A stretch of 64,000 nt of DNA from positions 2,494 to 66,493 of the forward strand of contig JAXGQW010000014.1 of assembly GCA_040766265.1 (NCBI GenBank), read 5' to 3'. Source of the DNA: Verrucomicrobiota bacterium. GTDB lineage: Bacteria > Verrucomicrobiota > Verrucomicrobiia > Limisphaerales > J093. The translations under genes and the position numbers were made by a program. Numbering within the stretch: the stretch's first letter is position 1; each line of letters opens with the position of its first letter. Below the pieces are notes generated by a model. The model was not told the DNA's origin, made no database searches, and saw only the letters and a list, made by a program, of their open reading frames with translations. Shown in pieces: positions 27,744 to 37,540 of the stretch.

Positions 27744-29030
27744 TTATCCGTTGGCCACGGAGAGCACGACGTAGTTGCGTTTGCCTTTGCGGAGCAGGAG
27801 GTGCCTGCCAAAAAGGAGGTCGCCGGCGGTCAGAGCCCGGGTGGCGCCGGCTTCGCGGACATTGTTGATGTAGATGCCGCCTCCGTCGAGGTCCTTTCGG
27901 GCCTGCCCTTTGCTGGAGCAGAGGCCGGCGTGAACCAAGGCCTCGACCAGTGGCAGGCCGGGCCCGGCGAGGCGTGACGCCTCGATGGTCTGTGTAGGCA
28001 CTTCGCCGACGATCTCGTTGAAAGTCGACTCGGACACACCCTCGAGACCGCCGCCGAACAGGATTTCGCTGGCGCGCTGGGCTTCCTGCGTTGCGGTCGG
28101 GCCGTGAATCATGTCGGTGACGGCCTTGGCGAGGGCCCGATGGGCCATGCGCGCTTCCGGCCTTTCGAGGTGTTGTCGATCGAGGTCATTGATTTCCTCG
28201 TGGCTGAGGAACGTGAAGTACTTGAGGTAGCGGATGACATCCCGATCGTCGGTGCGGATCCAGAACTGGTAGAATCGGTAGGCGCTGGTGCGCTTGGGAT
28301 CGAGCCAGACGGCGCCGGCGACCGTCTTGCCGAACTTGGACCCGTCGGCGTTTGTGATGAGCGGGAGGGTGAGGCCGAAGGCCGATCGCGCGAGCTTCTT
28401 GCGGATGAGGTCGGTGCCGGCGGTGATATTGCCCCATTGATCGCTGCCGCCGATTTGAAGTTCGCAGGTGCGCTCTTTGCAGAGGTGATAGAAGTCGAAT
28501 GCCTGGAGGAGCATGTAGCTGAACTCGGTGTAGCTGATGCCGCACTCGCGGTCTTCCATGCGTGCGCGGACGCTCTCCTTGCTGACCATCATATTGATCG
28601 AAAAGTGCTTCCCGACCTCGCGCAGGAAATCGAGGTAGCTGACCGGCGCGGTCCAGTCATTGTTGTCGAGGAGTCGCGCGGGATTGATCGGGGAGTCGAA
28701 ATCGAGCAGGCGGCGGAGTTGTTGTTTGACGCAGGCGATATTGCGGGCGAGGACGTCGGCGTTAAGCAATTGGCGTTCTTGTGTGCGGCCGCTGGGATCG
28801 CCGATGGACCCTGTGGCGCCGCCGGCCAGAGCGATCGGGTGGTGGCCGAAGATCTGGAACCGGCGCAAGGCAATCAGAGGCACGAGGTTGCCCGCGTGGA
28901 GGCTGTCGGCGGTCGGGTCGAAACCGCAATACAGCACAATCGGGCCGGACGCGAGCCGCTTTGACAGTTCGGCTTCGTCGGTGCAGTCCGCCCACAGACC
29001 CCGCCACTTGAGATCATCCAGGATGTTCAT
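27744..29030 (-). CDS. tyrS: Tyrosine--tRNA ligase
   Basis: 428 aa. Motifs: YCGFDPTADSLHAGN (HIGH-type), KFGKT (KMSKS-type). Has a C-terminal S4-like domain. Confidence 0.95.
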   Translation of the reverse strand: MNILDDLKWRGLWADCTDEAELSKRLASGPIVLYCGFDPTADSLHAGNLVPLIALRRFQIFGHHPIALAGGATGSIGDPSGRTQERQLLNADVLARNIACVKQQLRRLLDFDSPINPARLLDNNDWTAPVSYLDFLREVGKHFSINMMVSKESVRARMEDRECGISYTEFSYMLLQAFDFYHLCKERTCELQIGGSDQWGNITAGTDLIRKKLARSAFGLTLPLITNADGSKFGKTVAGAVWLDPKRTSAYRFYQFWIRTDDRDVIRYLKYFTFLSHEEINDLDRQHLERPEARMAHRALAKAVTDMIHGPTATQEAQRASEILFGGGLEGVSESTFNEIVGEVPTQTIEASRLAGPGLPLVEALVHAGLCSSKGQARKDLDGGGIYINNVREAGATRALTAGDLLFGRHLLLRKGKRNYVVLSVANG

Positions 29031-29183
29031 CGGGTTGAGTTAACCCAGCCCGACGGGAACCGGACAAGGGGAAAAAGCGGTCCGCTGCGCCTTTCCGTGT
29101 CGGCCGCCGGTTCTGGGGAGGCTGGGACACGGCGGGGCGTCCGCTGCGGAACCCAGGGGCCAGGGGTCCAGAGGTGTGGGGGT

Positions 29184-29316
29184 CAGCGGTTCTCATTTTG
29201 GCCACGAGCCGCCTGAAGGCGGCACACCGAACACCGCGCCGAAGCGTCGGACGTGGTTGGGTGTTCCGGCTTCAGCCGGTTCTCGCCGGAGGCCCAGGCC
29301 AAAATGAGAACTGCTG
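29184..29316. repeat. Long hairpin enclosing an R4-type repeat unit
   Basis: Outer stem CAGCGGTTCTCATTTTGGCC (29184-29203) / GGCCAAAATGAGAACTGCTG (29297-29316). The interior ACGAGCCGCCTGAAGGCGGCACACCGAACACCGCGCC...GGTTGGGTGTTCCGGCTTCAGCCGGTTCTCGCCGG is the reverse complement of 13212-13301. Confidence 0.8.
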
Positions 29317-29463
29317 GTGGGGCGTTCTTGGCGCTCGACATTGTTGGCGGGGCGGTGCGAAGGTGGCGCCGTTTGTTGCTGAACATCGGGGACTGCCCGG
29401 TCAGCGAAATCGGAATTCTCATTCAGAGCGAGCCGCGATCGTCTCGAACAACGTCTCTTTTTC

Positions 29464-30150
29464 ATGCAAACCTCGACTTCCCCCCTGAACTTGTTTTGGA
29501 CACCTCAGACGGCAGGCACACTGCCCAACTTCGCTCTGAGTCTGGTTGTGGCGGCCCTGCTCGCCTATGTGCTTGGACTGGTGTATCGGCGCTTTGGCGA
29601 GTCGCTGTCGAATCGGCGTTTGTTTGCACGCAACTTCCTTTTGTTGACGGTGACGACGACGCTGATCATCAGCATCGTGAAATCGTCCTTGGCGCTCTCG
29701 CTCGGCCTGGTGGGGGCGTTGTCGATCGTGCGATTCCGGGCGGCGATCAAGGAGCCGGAGGAGCTGACGTACCTGTTTCTGGCCATCAGCATTGGATTGG
29801 GCCTGGGCGCCGGTCAGATGACCGTGACGCTTCTGGCGTTTGGGGTGATTGTGGTTTTGATTCTCCTGCGGGCTTTGGTCACGCCGCGGCGCGAGCAGCC
29901 CAATCTTTTCCTGACCGTGCATTCGTGCGCCGGTCAGAAACTGAGCGCGAGTCAGATTCTGTCGGAACTGGCGCACGTGGGAGCGACGGCGAGTTTGAAG
30001 AGAATGGACGACACCTCGGAGTCGATCGAGGCCATGTTTCGTGTGAGTTTTCCGGATGTCGGGAAGGTCGAGGAGTTAAGCCGGCGTTTGCGGGCGCAGT
30101 GCGAGGGTGTGAGGATCAGCTACATCGAGGACCGTGGCCTGGCCCTTTAG
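29464..30150 (+). CDS. DUF4956-family membrane protein
   Basis: 228 aa. Has hydrophobic helices and the family-typical SLGLVGALSIVRFRAAIKEPEELTYLFLAISIGLGLGAG. Confidence 0.8.
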   Translation: MQTSTSPLNLFWTPQTAGTLPNFALSLVVAALLAYVLGLVYRRFGESLSNRRLFARNFLLLTVTTTLIISIVKSSLALSLGLVGALSIVRFRAAIKEPEELTYLFLAISIGLGLGAGQMTVTLLAFGVIVVLILLRALVTPRREQPNLFLTVHSCAGQKLSASQILSELAHVGATASLKRMDDTSESIEAMFRVSFPDVGKVEELSRRLRAQCEGVRISYIEDRGLAL

Positions 30151-30169
30151 AGCGCGGACGGAGGCTGGC

Positions 30170-30880
30170 ATGGAGACCGGGCTTGCCAATGCGCGTTTCG
30201 AGCGCAAGTTCCTGCCATTGGGCCTGTCCGTGGCGGAGACCCTCGCCCTGGTGCGGCGGCATCCGGCGCTTTTCCGCGAGCCGTACCCGGAGCGGATCGT
30301 CAACAATGTGTATTTCGACACCCCGGACCTGCGGCACTTTCACGACCACGTGGGCGGGACGGCGCGAAGATTCAAAGTGCGGATCCGGTGGTACGGCGAC
30401 TTTGCCGGGGCCATTGCCCGACCGCGTCTGGAATTCAAGCTGCGGCGGGGAACGGTGAGCGGGAAGGAGGGGCATCCGTTTCCGCCATTCGAACTGAACG
30501 ATCACTTTCCACGCGGCATTTTCGAGGCGGCATGGCATGGCGACGCGCTGCCCGAGCAGGCCAGACTCCGCCTGCATGCAGTGCAGCCGGTGCTCGGCAA
30601 TAGGTACCGGCGGCGGTATTTCTGCACCGCGGACGGCACGATCCGTCTGACGGTTGACTGGGGACTCGAGTTTGTCGATCTGCGGGGAGTTCGAGCTTCT
30701 CTGCGTCCGCTCTCGGGTCAGGACCATGGCGTGATTGTCGAGGTGAAGTATGCTGACACCTGTGCAATCGACGCCGCGGCTGTCACGGCCGGCTTTCCTT
30801 TCCGGTTGGTCCGTTGTTCGAAGTACGTGCTGGGCGTTCAGCGCCTTGACGGGATGTCAGATTGCGGGGCTTGCTTCTGA
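30170..30880 (+). CDS. VTC-domain (CYTH-like, polyphosphate-polymerase-type) protein
   Basis: ORF 30134..30880. I place the start at ATG 30170 (METGLANARFERKFL). Motifs: VNNVYFDTPDL, FKVRIRWY, RLEFKLRRG, VIVEVKY. Confidence 0.75.
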   Translation: METGLANARFERKFLPLGLSVAETLALVRRHPALFREPYPERIVNNVYFDTPDLRHFHDHVGGTARRFKVRIRWYGDFAGAIARPRLEFKLRRGTVSGKEGHPFPPFELNDHFPRGIFEAAWHGDALPEQARLRLHAVQPVLGNRYRRRYFCTADGTIRLTVDWGLEFVDLRGVRASLRPLSGQDHGVIVEVKYADTCAIDAAAVTAGFPFRLVRCSKYVLGVQRLDGMSDCGACF

Positions 30881-31017
30881 GCCCCCGGACAGCGTAGGGT
30901 GCCTATTGTGTAATGAGCGACAGATGGAAGACAGTTCTTGGCAAAGGCCGTCCTTGCGGCTGCCCGCTCCGTTCGGGTGAGAACGAATGACACGCGGCGG
31001 CGCGCCTGTTGCATTTC

Positions 31018-34000
31018 ATGATGGATATGACCCTATTAAGCACTCGATGGTTCCTGGAGCGATGGTTGAGACTGCCGCTGGCCGCCTTGGTGGTCGGTTG
31101 TCATGCACAGATGCTCGAGGGGCATGCAGCGGCCAGATCCGCCCCGATACCGGCGGAGCAGGTCGGCATGGTGGCTGAGAGACAGTATCGGGGGGAGGGC
31201 GCGTCGGTTGAGGCCACCCTCGAGGGGGCGCGGCTGATCTGCACGTTTCAGCGCATCGAGGGGGAGGCGACGGGCGAGGGCCTCTGGCTGAGTTCGCTGC
31301 CTCGAGAGTTCGGGGAGGAGGGGCTGCGTGTTATCGCGCTCGAAGTGGGACGCGGGGGCGACATGGGTTCGGGCAGCGCTGGTTCGGACATTGAACTGCA
31401 AGGAGGCGGTGGCGTGCTCCCGGCGGTCGGACGTGTCGAGGTGGCGGGTTCAACGGCGCGTTTCATCCGTCCGGGTTTGACCGAGGAATACTCGGTGAGC
31501 ATCGAGGGAGTGCGGCAGGATTTTGTCATCGAGCAGAGGCCGGGGGGTGCGGGCCGATTGCGCGTGGAACTGGGTGTCGACGGGGCTCGAGTCAAGGCGT
31601 CGGCGGATGGGGCTCGGCTGGTGGCGGATCGCTCGGGGCGTGAATTGACCTACAACCGCTTGCGTGTGGTCGACGCCCGGGGGCAGGAACTTGATGCAAG
31701 AATGGAAGTGCGGGGCGAGAGCCGTCTGGCGGTCGTTGTGGAAGATGCGGCGGCTGCATATCCGGTGCGGATTGATCCGGTGTTCAGCGATGCGAATTGG
31801 GTGAGTTTGGGGGGTGTATGCGGAGCCAATGGCGAGGTGTACGCGGTTGCGGCCGACGATTCGGGCAACGTGTACATAGGCGGCGAGTTCGCCGTTGTGG
31901 GAGATGCCGTGGCCAACGGCATTGCCAAATGGGACGGAACTGGCTGGTCGGCCTTGGACACCGGGCTTGGGGGGACCGAATTCCTTGCCGTCTATGCATT
32001 GGCGGTATCGGGCACAGACCTCTATGTCGGTGGCTCGTTCAAGACGGCTGGCGGGGTTGAGGCGCAGCATATTGCCAAGTGGGACGGCAGCGCGTGGACG
32101 GCCTTGGGCTCCGGGGTCAATGGGTGGGTTTACGCCCTGTGTCTGATCGGCACGGATCTCTATGCGGGGGGCGATTTCACCTTGGCCGGCGGTGTCGAGG
32201 CCAATTCGATTGCCAAATGGGACGGAAGCGCCTGGTCAGCTTTGGGATCGGGAATGGGCGGCACCGAATCACCGAGCGTGTACGCCCTGGCGGCATCCGG
32301 CGGCGATCTTTATGCCGGAGGCTGGTTCGTCACGGCGGGCGGGATCGAGGCGAACTACGTCGCCAAGTGGGATGGAAGCGTCTGGTCGGCGCTGGGACCG
32401 GGCATTGGCGGGGGTTTCTCGGCCTCCGTCCACGCGCTGGCGGTGTCGGGCACCGATCTCTATGTCGGAGGTCAGTTTTACATGGTGGGTGACGTCTATG
32501 CGGGTCACATCGCGAAATGGGACGGCAACGCGTGGTCGGGTCTGGGGTGGGGTCTGATGAGCATGGATCTTTACACGATGGTTTATGCCCTTGCAGTGTC
32601 CGGCAGCGACCTTTACGTGGGGGGGCGGTTCACGATGGCGGACGATGTTCCGGCGGATCACATTGCGAGGTGGGATGGGGCCGCGTGGTCGGCCGTGGAT
32701 TCCGGGGTCGGGGGGGTGGAGTATCCGGCTGTTCGGGCGCTTGCGTTGTCGCCGAGCGCCGACCTGTATGCGGGAGGCGTGTTTACGCAGGCCGGAGGCG
32801 TTGGTGTCAGTCACATCGCCCGTTGGAACCGGAGCGGATGGTCAGCCCTGGGTCAGGGGATGAACGATACGGTGAGTGCGCTGGCACTGTCCGGCAACGA
32901 TCTCTACGTCGGAGGCAGTTTCACGACGGCGGGCGGGGTTGCGGCCAAAGCCGTCGCCCGATGGGACGGGACGGCTTGGGCGGCCTTGGGATCTGGGATG
33001 AACGATGCGGTGTGGGCGCTCGCGGTGCATGGCACAGACTTGTATGCGGGGGGCGGATTCACCATGGCTGGGGGTGTTCCGGCCGATTCCATTGCGAAGT
33101 GGGATGGCAACACCTGGTCGGCCTTGGGAACCGGCATGAACGGCCCGGTTCGTGCCCTGGCAGTATCGGGCAACGCGCTGTATGCGGGCGGCGTGTTCAC
33201 GACGGCCGGAGGCGTGCCGACCAGCTCGATCGCGCACTGGGATGGGGCCAAGTGGTCGGCTTTGGGGGCGGGTTTGGACGGGGAGGTGCGCGCGTTGGCG
33301 GTCTCCGGCAAGAGCCTGTACGCGGGGGGCAATTTTGCCAGGGCAGGCGCGCTCGTCGTCAACTCGATCGCGCACTGGGACGGGGCCAAGTGGTCGGCTT
33401 TGGGGGCGGGTTTGGACGGTGGAGTGCGGGCACTGGCGCTGTCGGGCGATGATCTGTATGTGGGAGGCTGGTTCGCGAAAGCCGGCGGCATTGAGGTGAA
33501 CTGCATTGCCAAATGGGATGGACGGGTATGGTCGGCTCTGGGGGGGGGGATGAACGGAGAGGTTCGCGCACTGGCCCTGTCCGGGAGCGCTCTCTACGCG
33601 GGAGGATCGTTTGCGAAGGCGGGCGGCATCGAGGCCAATCGCATTGCCACGTGGGATGGACGGGCGTGGTGGGCTCTTGGGCTGGGCATGGATCGAGGTG
33701 TCGAGGCCTTTGTGTTGTCCGGCAAGAGCCTGATTCTCGGCGGCGACTTCACCATGGCCGGCACGCACGCCTCCGGTTACGCCGTCGAAGCGCGAATCGA
33801 CGAGGGTGAGAAAGTGATTGGGGGAGAATTCAGCGCGTTGACCTACACGCCGGACGCGGGTTTCAGTTGCACCTTTCAGAACGCCACCATCGGTCAGTGG
33901 TACCGCATCCAGACCTCCGCGTCGCTGATTGGGGACACATGGACGGACCTGATGATTCTGCGATACAAGGAGCCGATTGTCATCAAGCAGGAATCCCCCA

Positions 34001-34098
34001 AGGCCCAGGCCAACGGCCTTTTCCGTGCAGTGACTGATGACGGCCCGTCTTCGGCGACTGGCGTCGGACTCGGATCCGCAGGATCGGAAGCGCGTTAG
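31018..34098 (+). CDS. Large exported protein with about 13 tandem ~46-55-aa repeats (predicted beta-propeller/Kelch-like)
   Basis: Start at ATG 31018 with a signal-like N-terminus. The repeat unit IAKWDG(S/T)AWSALGSGMNGxVYALAVSGxDLYAGGxFTxAGGVxAxx recurs from about 31.8 to 33.7 kb. Confidence 0.8.
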   Translation: MMDMTLLSTRWFLERWLRLPLAALVVGCHAQMLEGHAAARSAPIPAEQVGMVAERQYRGEGASVEATLEGARLICTFQRIEGEATGEGLWLSSLPREFGEEGLRVIALEVGRGGDMGSGSAGSDIELQGGGGVLPAVGRVEVAGSTARFIRPGLTEEYSVSIEGVRQDFVIEQRPGGAGRLRVELGVDGARVKASADGARLVADRSGRELTYNRLRVVDARGQELDARMEVRGESRLAVVVEDAAAAYPVRIDPVFSDANWVSLGGVCGANGEVYAVAADDSGNVYIGGEFAVVGDAVANGIAKWDGTGWSALDTGLGGTEFLAVYALAVSGTDLYVGGSFKTAGGVEAQHIAKWDGSAWTALGSGVNGWVYALCLIGTDLYAGGDFTLAGGVEANSIAKWDGSAWSALGSGMGGTESPSVYALAASGGDLYAGGWFVTAGGIEANYVAKWDGSVWSALGPGIGGGFSASVHALAVSGTDLYVGGQFYMVGDVYAGHIAKWDGNAWSGLGWGLMSMDLYTMVYALAVSGSDLYVGGRFTMADDVPADHIARWDGAAWSAVDSGVGGVEYPAVRALALSPSADLYAGGVFTQAGGVGVSHIARWNRSGWSALGQGMNDTVSALALSGNDLYVGGSFTTAGGVAAKAVARWDGTAWAALGSGMNDAVWALAVHGTDLYAGGGFTMAGGVPADSIAKWDGNTWSALGTGMNGPVRALAVSGNALYAGGVFTTAGGVPTSSIAHWDGAKWSALGAGLDGEVRALAVSGKSLYAGGNFARAGALVVNSIAHWDGAKWSALGAGLDGGVRALALSGDDLYVGGWFAKAGGIEVNCIAKWDGRVWSALGGGMNGEVRALALSGSALYAGGSFAKAGGIEANRIATWDGRAWWALGLGMDRGVEAFVLSGKSLILGGDFTMAGTHASGYAVEARIDEGEKVIGGEFSALTYTPDAGFSCTFQNATIGQWYRIQTSASLIGDTWTDLMILRYKEPIVIKQESPKAQANGLFRAVTDDGPSSATGVGLGSAGSEAR

Positions 34099-34203
34099 CC
34101 CGGCATTCTACCACCTGGGGCGTGATCCCGGCGTGGAGGCTGTGGCAACACCGCGCCCAGAATGGGGACCGGGGACATTCTGGCGCCAAGCTGTCCAGGG
34201 GCA

Positions 34204-35193
34204 TCAATTGGCTTTAACAACCCAGCCTGTTTTGACGTCTGCGGGGCCGGTGAAGGCGGCTTTGCTGCGGTCTTCCTGAACGGCATCGAGGGTGATTTCG
34301 CCGACCAGTTTCTCCTCGGTGAACACGACAGCGCCCTTGTCGTCTTTGAGGTCGACGGTTTCGTAGAGTTTGAGTTTGTCGCCGGCCTTGAACCCATGCT
34401 GGGAGCCGAGGGATACAATGAGGACGCCTTTGGCGGGGACTGCGAGCACCTTGCCTGGCGTTTGGCGCAAGGCTTGGGCGGCTGCCGTCACAGACTCCTG
34501 AGCCGCTGCCGCGGCATTGCTCTTCTGGGCTTGGCGCGCTCCAGGGCGAACCGTCAACCGACTCATCTCGCTGACGATCTGGTTGAGAGCTTTCACGGTC
34601 GCTTTGCCCAGTGCGCTTTCCATGAACTCCTTGTTGTCGAAACCGATGTTCCCGCCGTGTCCGGTCACAGCGACGTCGATCTTGAAGCCGAGTCCGGTCT
34701 CCGAGCCCACCGCCTGACCGGTCTTGAAGATCTTTCGGTTCGCGACGTCGACGATCCGCCAGTCAATGCGGACGTCCGATTTGTTCTTCTTGAGGCCGAG
34801 GCCGCCGAGGCTTCCCGGAACGAATCCGCCCAGGTCGACACCGGTTGATTTGGCGCCGAACCGGGTGACTTTGCCGCGGAACATGTAGTCCGCGCCGGCC
34901 CATCCCCCCTTTTCCACACGCTCATCCTTGGCCACCCAGCCATCCTCGCCCATCCTGATTTCATCTTTGAGAGACTCGATTGCGGTCGATTCCAGCATTT
35001 GGAACTTTCCTGTCTTGCTGATTTCGGTGATCAACATCTCGGCGAGGCCTTCGCCCAAGGCGGGCTGCCAATAGGAAATCTCAGACCTGTCACCGTCGAA
35101 CGGGGCGACAAAAAGGGTTGGAAGGTTGTCGTCCTGGGCTCGGAGGAGGCAGAGCGAGGCGCACAGTGTGAGGAAGAGGCGAACTGATTTCAT
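34204..35193 (-). CDS. CsgG/HfaB-family periplasmic/outer-membrane lipoprotein-like protein with an extra C-terminal domain
   Basis: 329 aa with a signal peptide (MKSVRLFLTLCASLCLLRA). CsgG-like core: LFVAPFD..GEGLAEMLITEISKTGKFQMLE..ADYMFRGKVTRFG. Confidence 0.65.
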   Translation of the reverse strand: MKSVRLFLTLCASLCLLRAQDDNLPTLFVAPFDGDRSEISYWQPALGEGLAEMLITEISKTGKFQMLESTAIESLKDEIRMGEDGWVAKDERVEKGGWAGADYMFRGKVTRFGAKSTGVDLGGFVPGSLGGLGLKKNKSDVRIDWRIVDVANRKIFKTGQAVGSETGLGFKIDVAVTGHGGNIGFDNKEFMESALGKATVKALNQIVSEMSRLTVRPGARQAQKSNAAAAAQESVTAAAQALRQTPGKVLAVPAKGVLIVSLGSQHGFKAGDKLKLYETVDLKDDKGAVVFTEEKLVGEITLDAVQEDRSKAAFTGPADVKTGWVVKAN

Positions 35194-35337
35194 GGCGTGA
35201 GCTTAGCACAAAGGGCGCGGGCGATTCAAGCCATCGAGACAGCTTTCAAGACGCCACGACCGGAGGGGGTGGCGTCGCGTTCGAGGATCAACGCCTCTGG
35301 CTTTGACAGGCATGGCCTCAATCGCTAGCGTCTCAAC

Positions 35338-35910
35338 ATGGAACACCTCCACGCCCCATGGCGTATCGAGTACATACTTGCGCCCAAGCCGCCGCCCAGC
35401 GATGAATCGCTGTTCACGCACATCGCGCAGGCGGCGGACGACGTGGCCAACCATGTGCTCGTGCGGGAGAAGAGCTGTTTTGCCGTGCTCAACACCTACC
35501 CCTACACCGGGGGGCATCTGATGGTCGTCCCGTACCGGCGGACGGCGGATCTGAACGATCTGACCGAGCAGGAGCTCACCGATCTGATGGTTCTGACCCG
35601 TCGGTGTCTGAATGCGCTCACCCGGGCGATGAAGCCGGAGGGATTCAACGTGGGAATCAACCTGGGGCGGGTCGCGGGGGCGGGCGTGGTTGACCACCTT
35701 CACATCCACATCGTACCGCGGTGGAACGGGGACACCAATTTCATGCCCGTGGTGGCCCAGACGACCGTCATGCCGGAGGCGCTTGGTGATGTGGCCGCCA
35801 GGCTTCGCGCTGCCCTGGCCAGGGACAACGAGGAGGGCGTCCGAACGTCCCATGCCCCGGACGCGCCTGTCATCGGGGCGGGCGGGGGAGAGACCGGGAA
35901 TCGGTCTTGA
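35338..35910 (+). CDS. HIT-family nucleotide hydrolase/transferase
   Basis: 190 aa. Motifs: VLNTYPYTGGHLMVVP and the histidine triad VVDHLHIHIVPRW. Confidence 0.85.
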   Translation: MEHLHAPWRIEYILAPKPPPSDESLFTHIAQAADDVANHVLVREKSCFAVLNTYPYTGGHLMVVPYRRTADLNDLTEQELTDLMVLTRRCLNALTRAMKPEGFNVGINLGRVAGAGVVDHLHIHIVPRWNGDTNFMPVVAQTTVMPEALGDVAARLRAALARDNEEGVRTSHAPDAPVIGAGGGETGNRS

Positions 35911-35925
35911 GCGCGCACTTTTCGA

Positions 35926-36888
35926 ATGCCTACTGAGACACTTCATTTCGACAACGCCCGTCTTGCGCAGCAGTTGTTCAACAATGACGCGCGGAACCTG
36001 TCGGCGTTGGAACGGCAACTGGGGGTGAAGGCCACCGCTCGGGACGCCTGGATCAAACTCGAGGGGGAAACCGACGCCGTGACGCGGGCCCGGCATTTAT
36101 TTCAGTTGCTCGAAGGGACGCTCAAGACGGGCGGGCATGTGCGGACCCAGGACTTCGCGATGGCGCTGAGCGTGGTGCGGAACGAGGGCGTTGCGGCTCT
36201 CGAGAGCCTCCAGGCCGAGCGCATCCAAACCTCGCCGAAGAAGGCCACTGTCACCCCGAAGACCACGGGGCAACGGCGTTACATCGAGGCGATTCGGCAG
36301 CACGATATCACTCTGGGTGTGGGCCCGGCCGGCACGGGCAAGACATACCTCGCGATGGCCATGGCCACGGCGGCGCTGCGCGGTGCGAAGGTGAACCGGC
36401 TGATTCTGACCCGGCCGGCGGTCGAGGCGGGGGAGGCGCTGGGTTTTCTGCCGGGGGATTTGCAGGAGAAACTGGCGCCGTACCTTCGCCCTTTGTATGA
36501 CGCGCTCCACGACATGCTGCCTGCGGAGGAGATCCAGCGCTTGATGGAGCGGGGCACGATCGAGATCGCGCCGCTGGCCTACATGCGCGGGCGCACGCTG
36601 AACAATTCCTTCATCATCTTCGACGAGGCGCAGAACTCGACGACCGAGCAGATGTTCATGTTTCTGACTCGTCTGGGCCACAATTCGAAGGCGGTCATTA
36701 CCGGCGACATCACCCAAATCGACCTCCCCAGGCACAAGCCGTCCGGCTTGATCGAAGCCCGTCAGGCCCTCGCCCAGGTCGAGGGGATCGCCGTCATCGA
36801 GTTGGGCAAGAAGGACGTCATCCGCCATCCTCTGGTCGCCCGCATCGTGCATGCCTACGAACAGCATCGCGCTTCGCAGCCGGCGTGA
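35926..36888 (+). CDS. phoH: PhoH-like ATPase
   Basis: 320 aa. Motifs: Walker A GVGPAGTGKTYLAMAMA, IFDEAQN, ITGDITQIDLP. Confidence 0.9.
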   Translation: MPTETLHFDNARLAQQLFNNDARNLSALERQLGVKATARDAWIKLEGETDAVTRARHLFQLLEGTLKTGGHVRTQDFAMALSVVRNEGVAALESLQAERIQTSPKKATVTPKTTGQRRYIEAIRQHDITLGVGPAGTGKTYLAMAMATAALRGAKVNRLILTRPAVEAGEALGFLPGDLQEKLAPYLRPLYDALHDMLPAEEIQRLMERGTIEIAPLAYMRGRTLNNSFIIFDEAQNSTTEQMFMFLTRLGHNSKAVITGDITQIDLPRHKPSGLIEARQALAQVEGIAVIELGKKDVIRHPLVARIVHAYEQHRASQPA

Positions 36889-37540
36889 ACTGACGCTCGT
36901 TCAGCGGCATCCCCGAATCCGGGTCGACCGCAGGTTGCTTCGCCGCATCTTGCGCGCGGCTCTCGCCGACCCTGTGTTCTCGCGGCCAGCCCCCGAGGCC
37001 GTGCCTCGGCGCGGGCGCCGCGCGTTTCGAGTTCGGACGCCGCGGTCTGGCGCATCCGACAGCCCCCGCGCCCGGATTTGCTACGAACTGGGCTGTTTCC
37101 TGGTGGGCGCCGACGAGATGACGGCGCTCAATGGGCGCTATCTGGCCCACGCGGGTGTGACGGATGTGATTGCATTCGACTATGGCCCGCCGCCGGGCGC
37201 CCGGCCCGGCGATCCCTGGCTGTGCGGCGAGGTTTTTGTGTGTCTGGATGAGGCTGGCCTTCAGGCGCGCCGGTATCGGACCACCTGGACATCCGAGCTG
37301 GTGCGCTACCTGCTCCACGGATTGCTCCACCTCCGCGGCTACGACGACGTCAAGCCGGGCTGGCGCCGGAGGATGAAGCGGATCGAGGGCCGTTTGGTGC
37401 GCGAGATGAGATCGAAGTTCGATCTCACCCGCCTCGGGCTGCCGGCGGTTCGAGCGACCAGGCGGGGCGCACATCGCCGTCGGGATCCTCAGGCGGCACG
37501 CCCGACGCCAGCTTCCACTCGGCCAGGAGCCCGACCATAG
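36851..37540 (+). CDS. ybeY: rRNA maturation RNase YbeY with unusually long N- and C-terminal extensions
   Basis: 229-aa ORF. The YbeY core is present (MTALNGRYLAHAGVTDVIAFDY..GEVFVC, zinc motif HGLLHLRGYDD). The 3' end overlaps convergent tsaD by about 116 nt. Confidence 0.75.
   Translation: MPTNSIALRSRRELTLVQRHPRIRVDRRLLRRILRAALADPVFSRPAPEAVPRRGRRAFRVRTPRSGASDSPRARICYELGCFLVGADEMTALNGRYLAHAGVTDVIAFDYGPPPGARPGDPWLCGEVFVCLDEAGLQARRYRTTWTSELVRYLLHGLLHLRGYDDVKPGWRRRMKRIEGRLVREMRSKFDLTRLGLPAVRATRRGAHRRRDPQAARPTPASTRPGARP

Noticed and set aside
29031-29463. A regulatory leader (T-box-like or attenuator) upstream of tyrS or the DUF4956 gene.
   Set aside because: The large hairpin here is a copy of the R4 repeat also found at 13212-13301. 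I recognised no specifier or T-box motifs.
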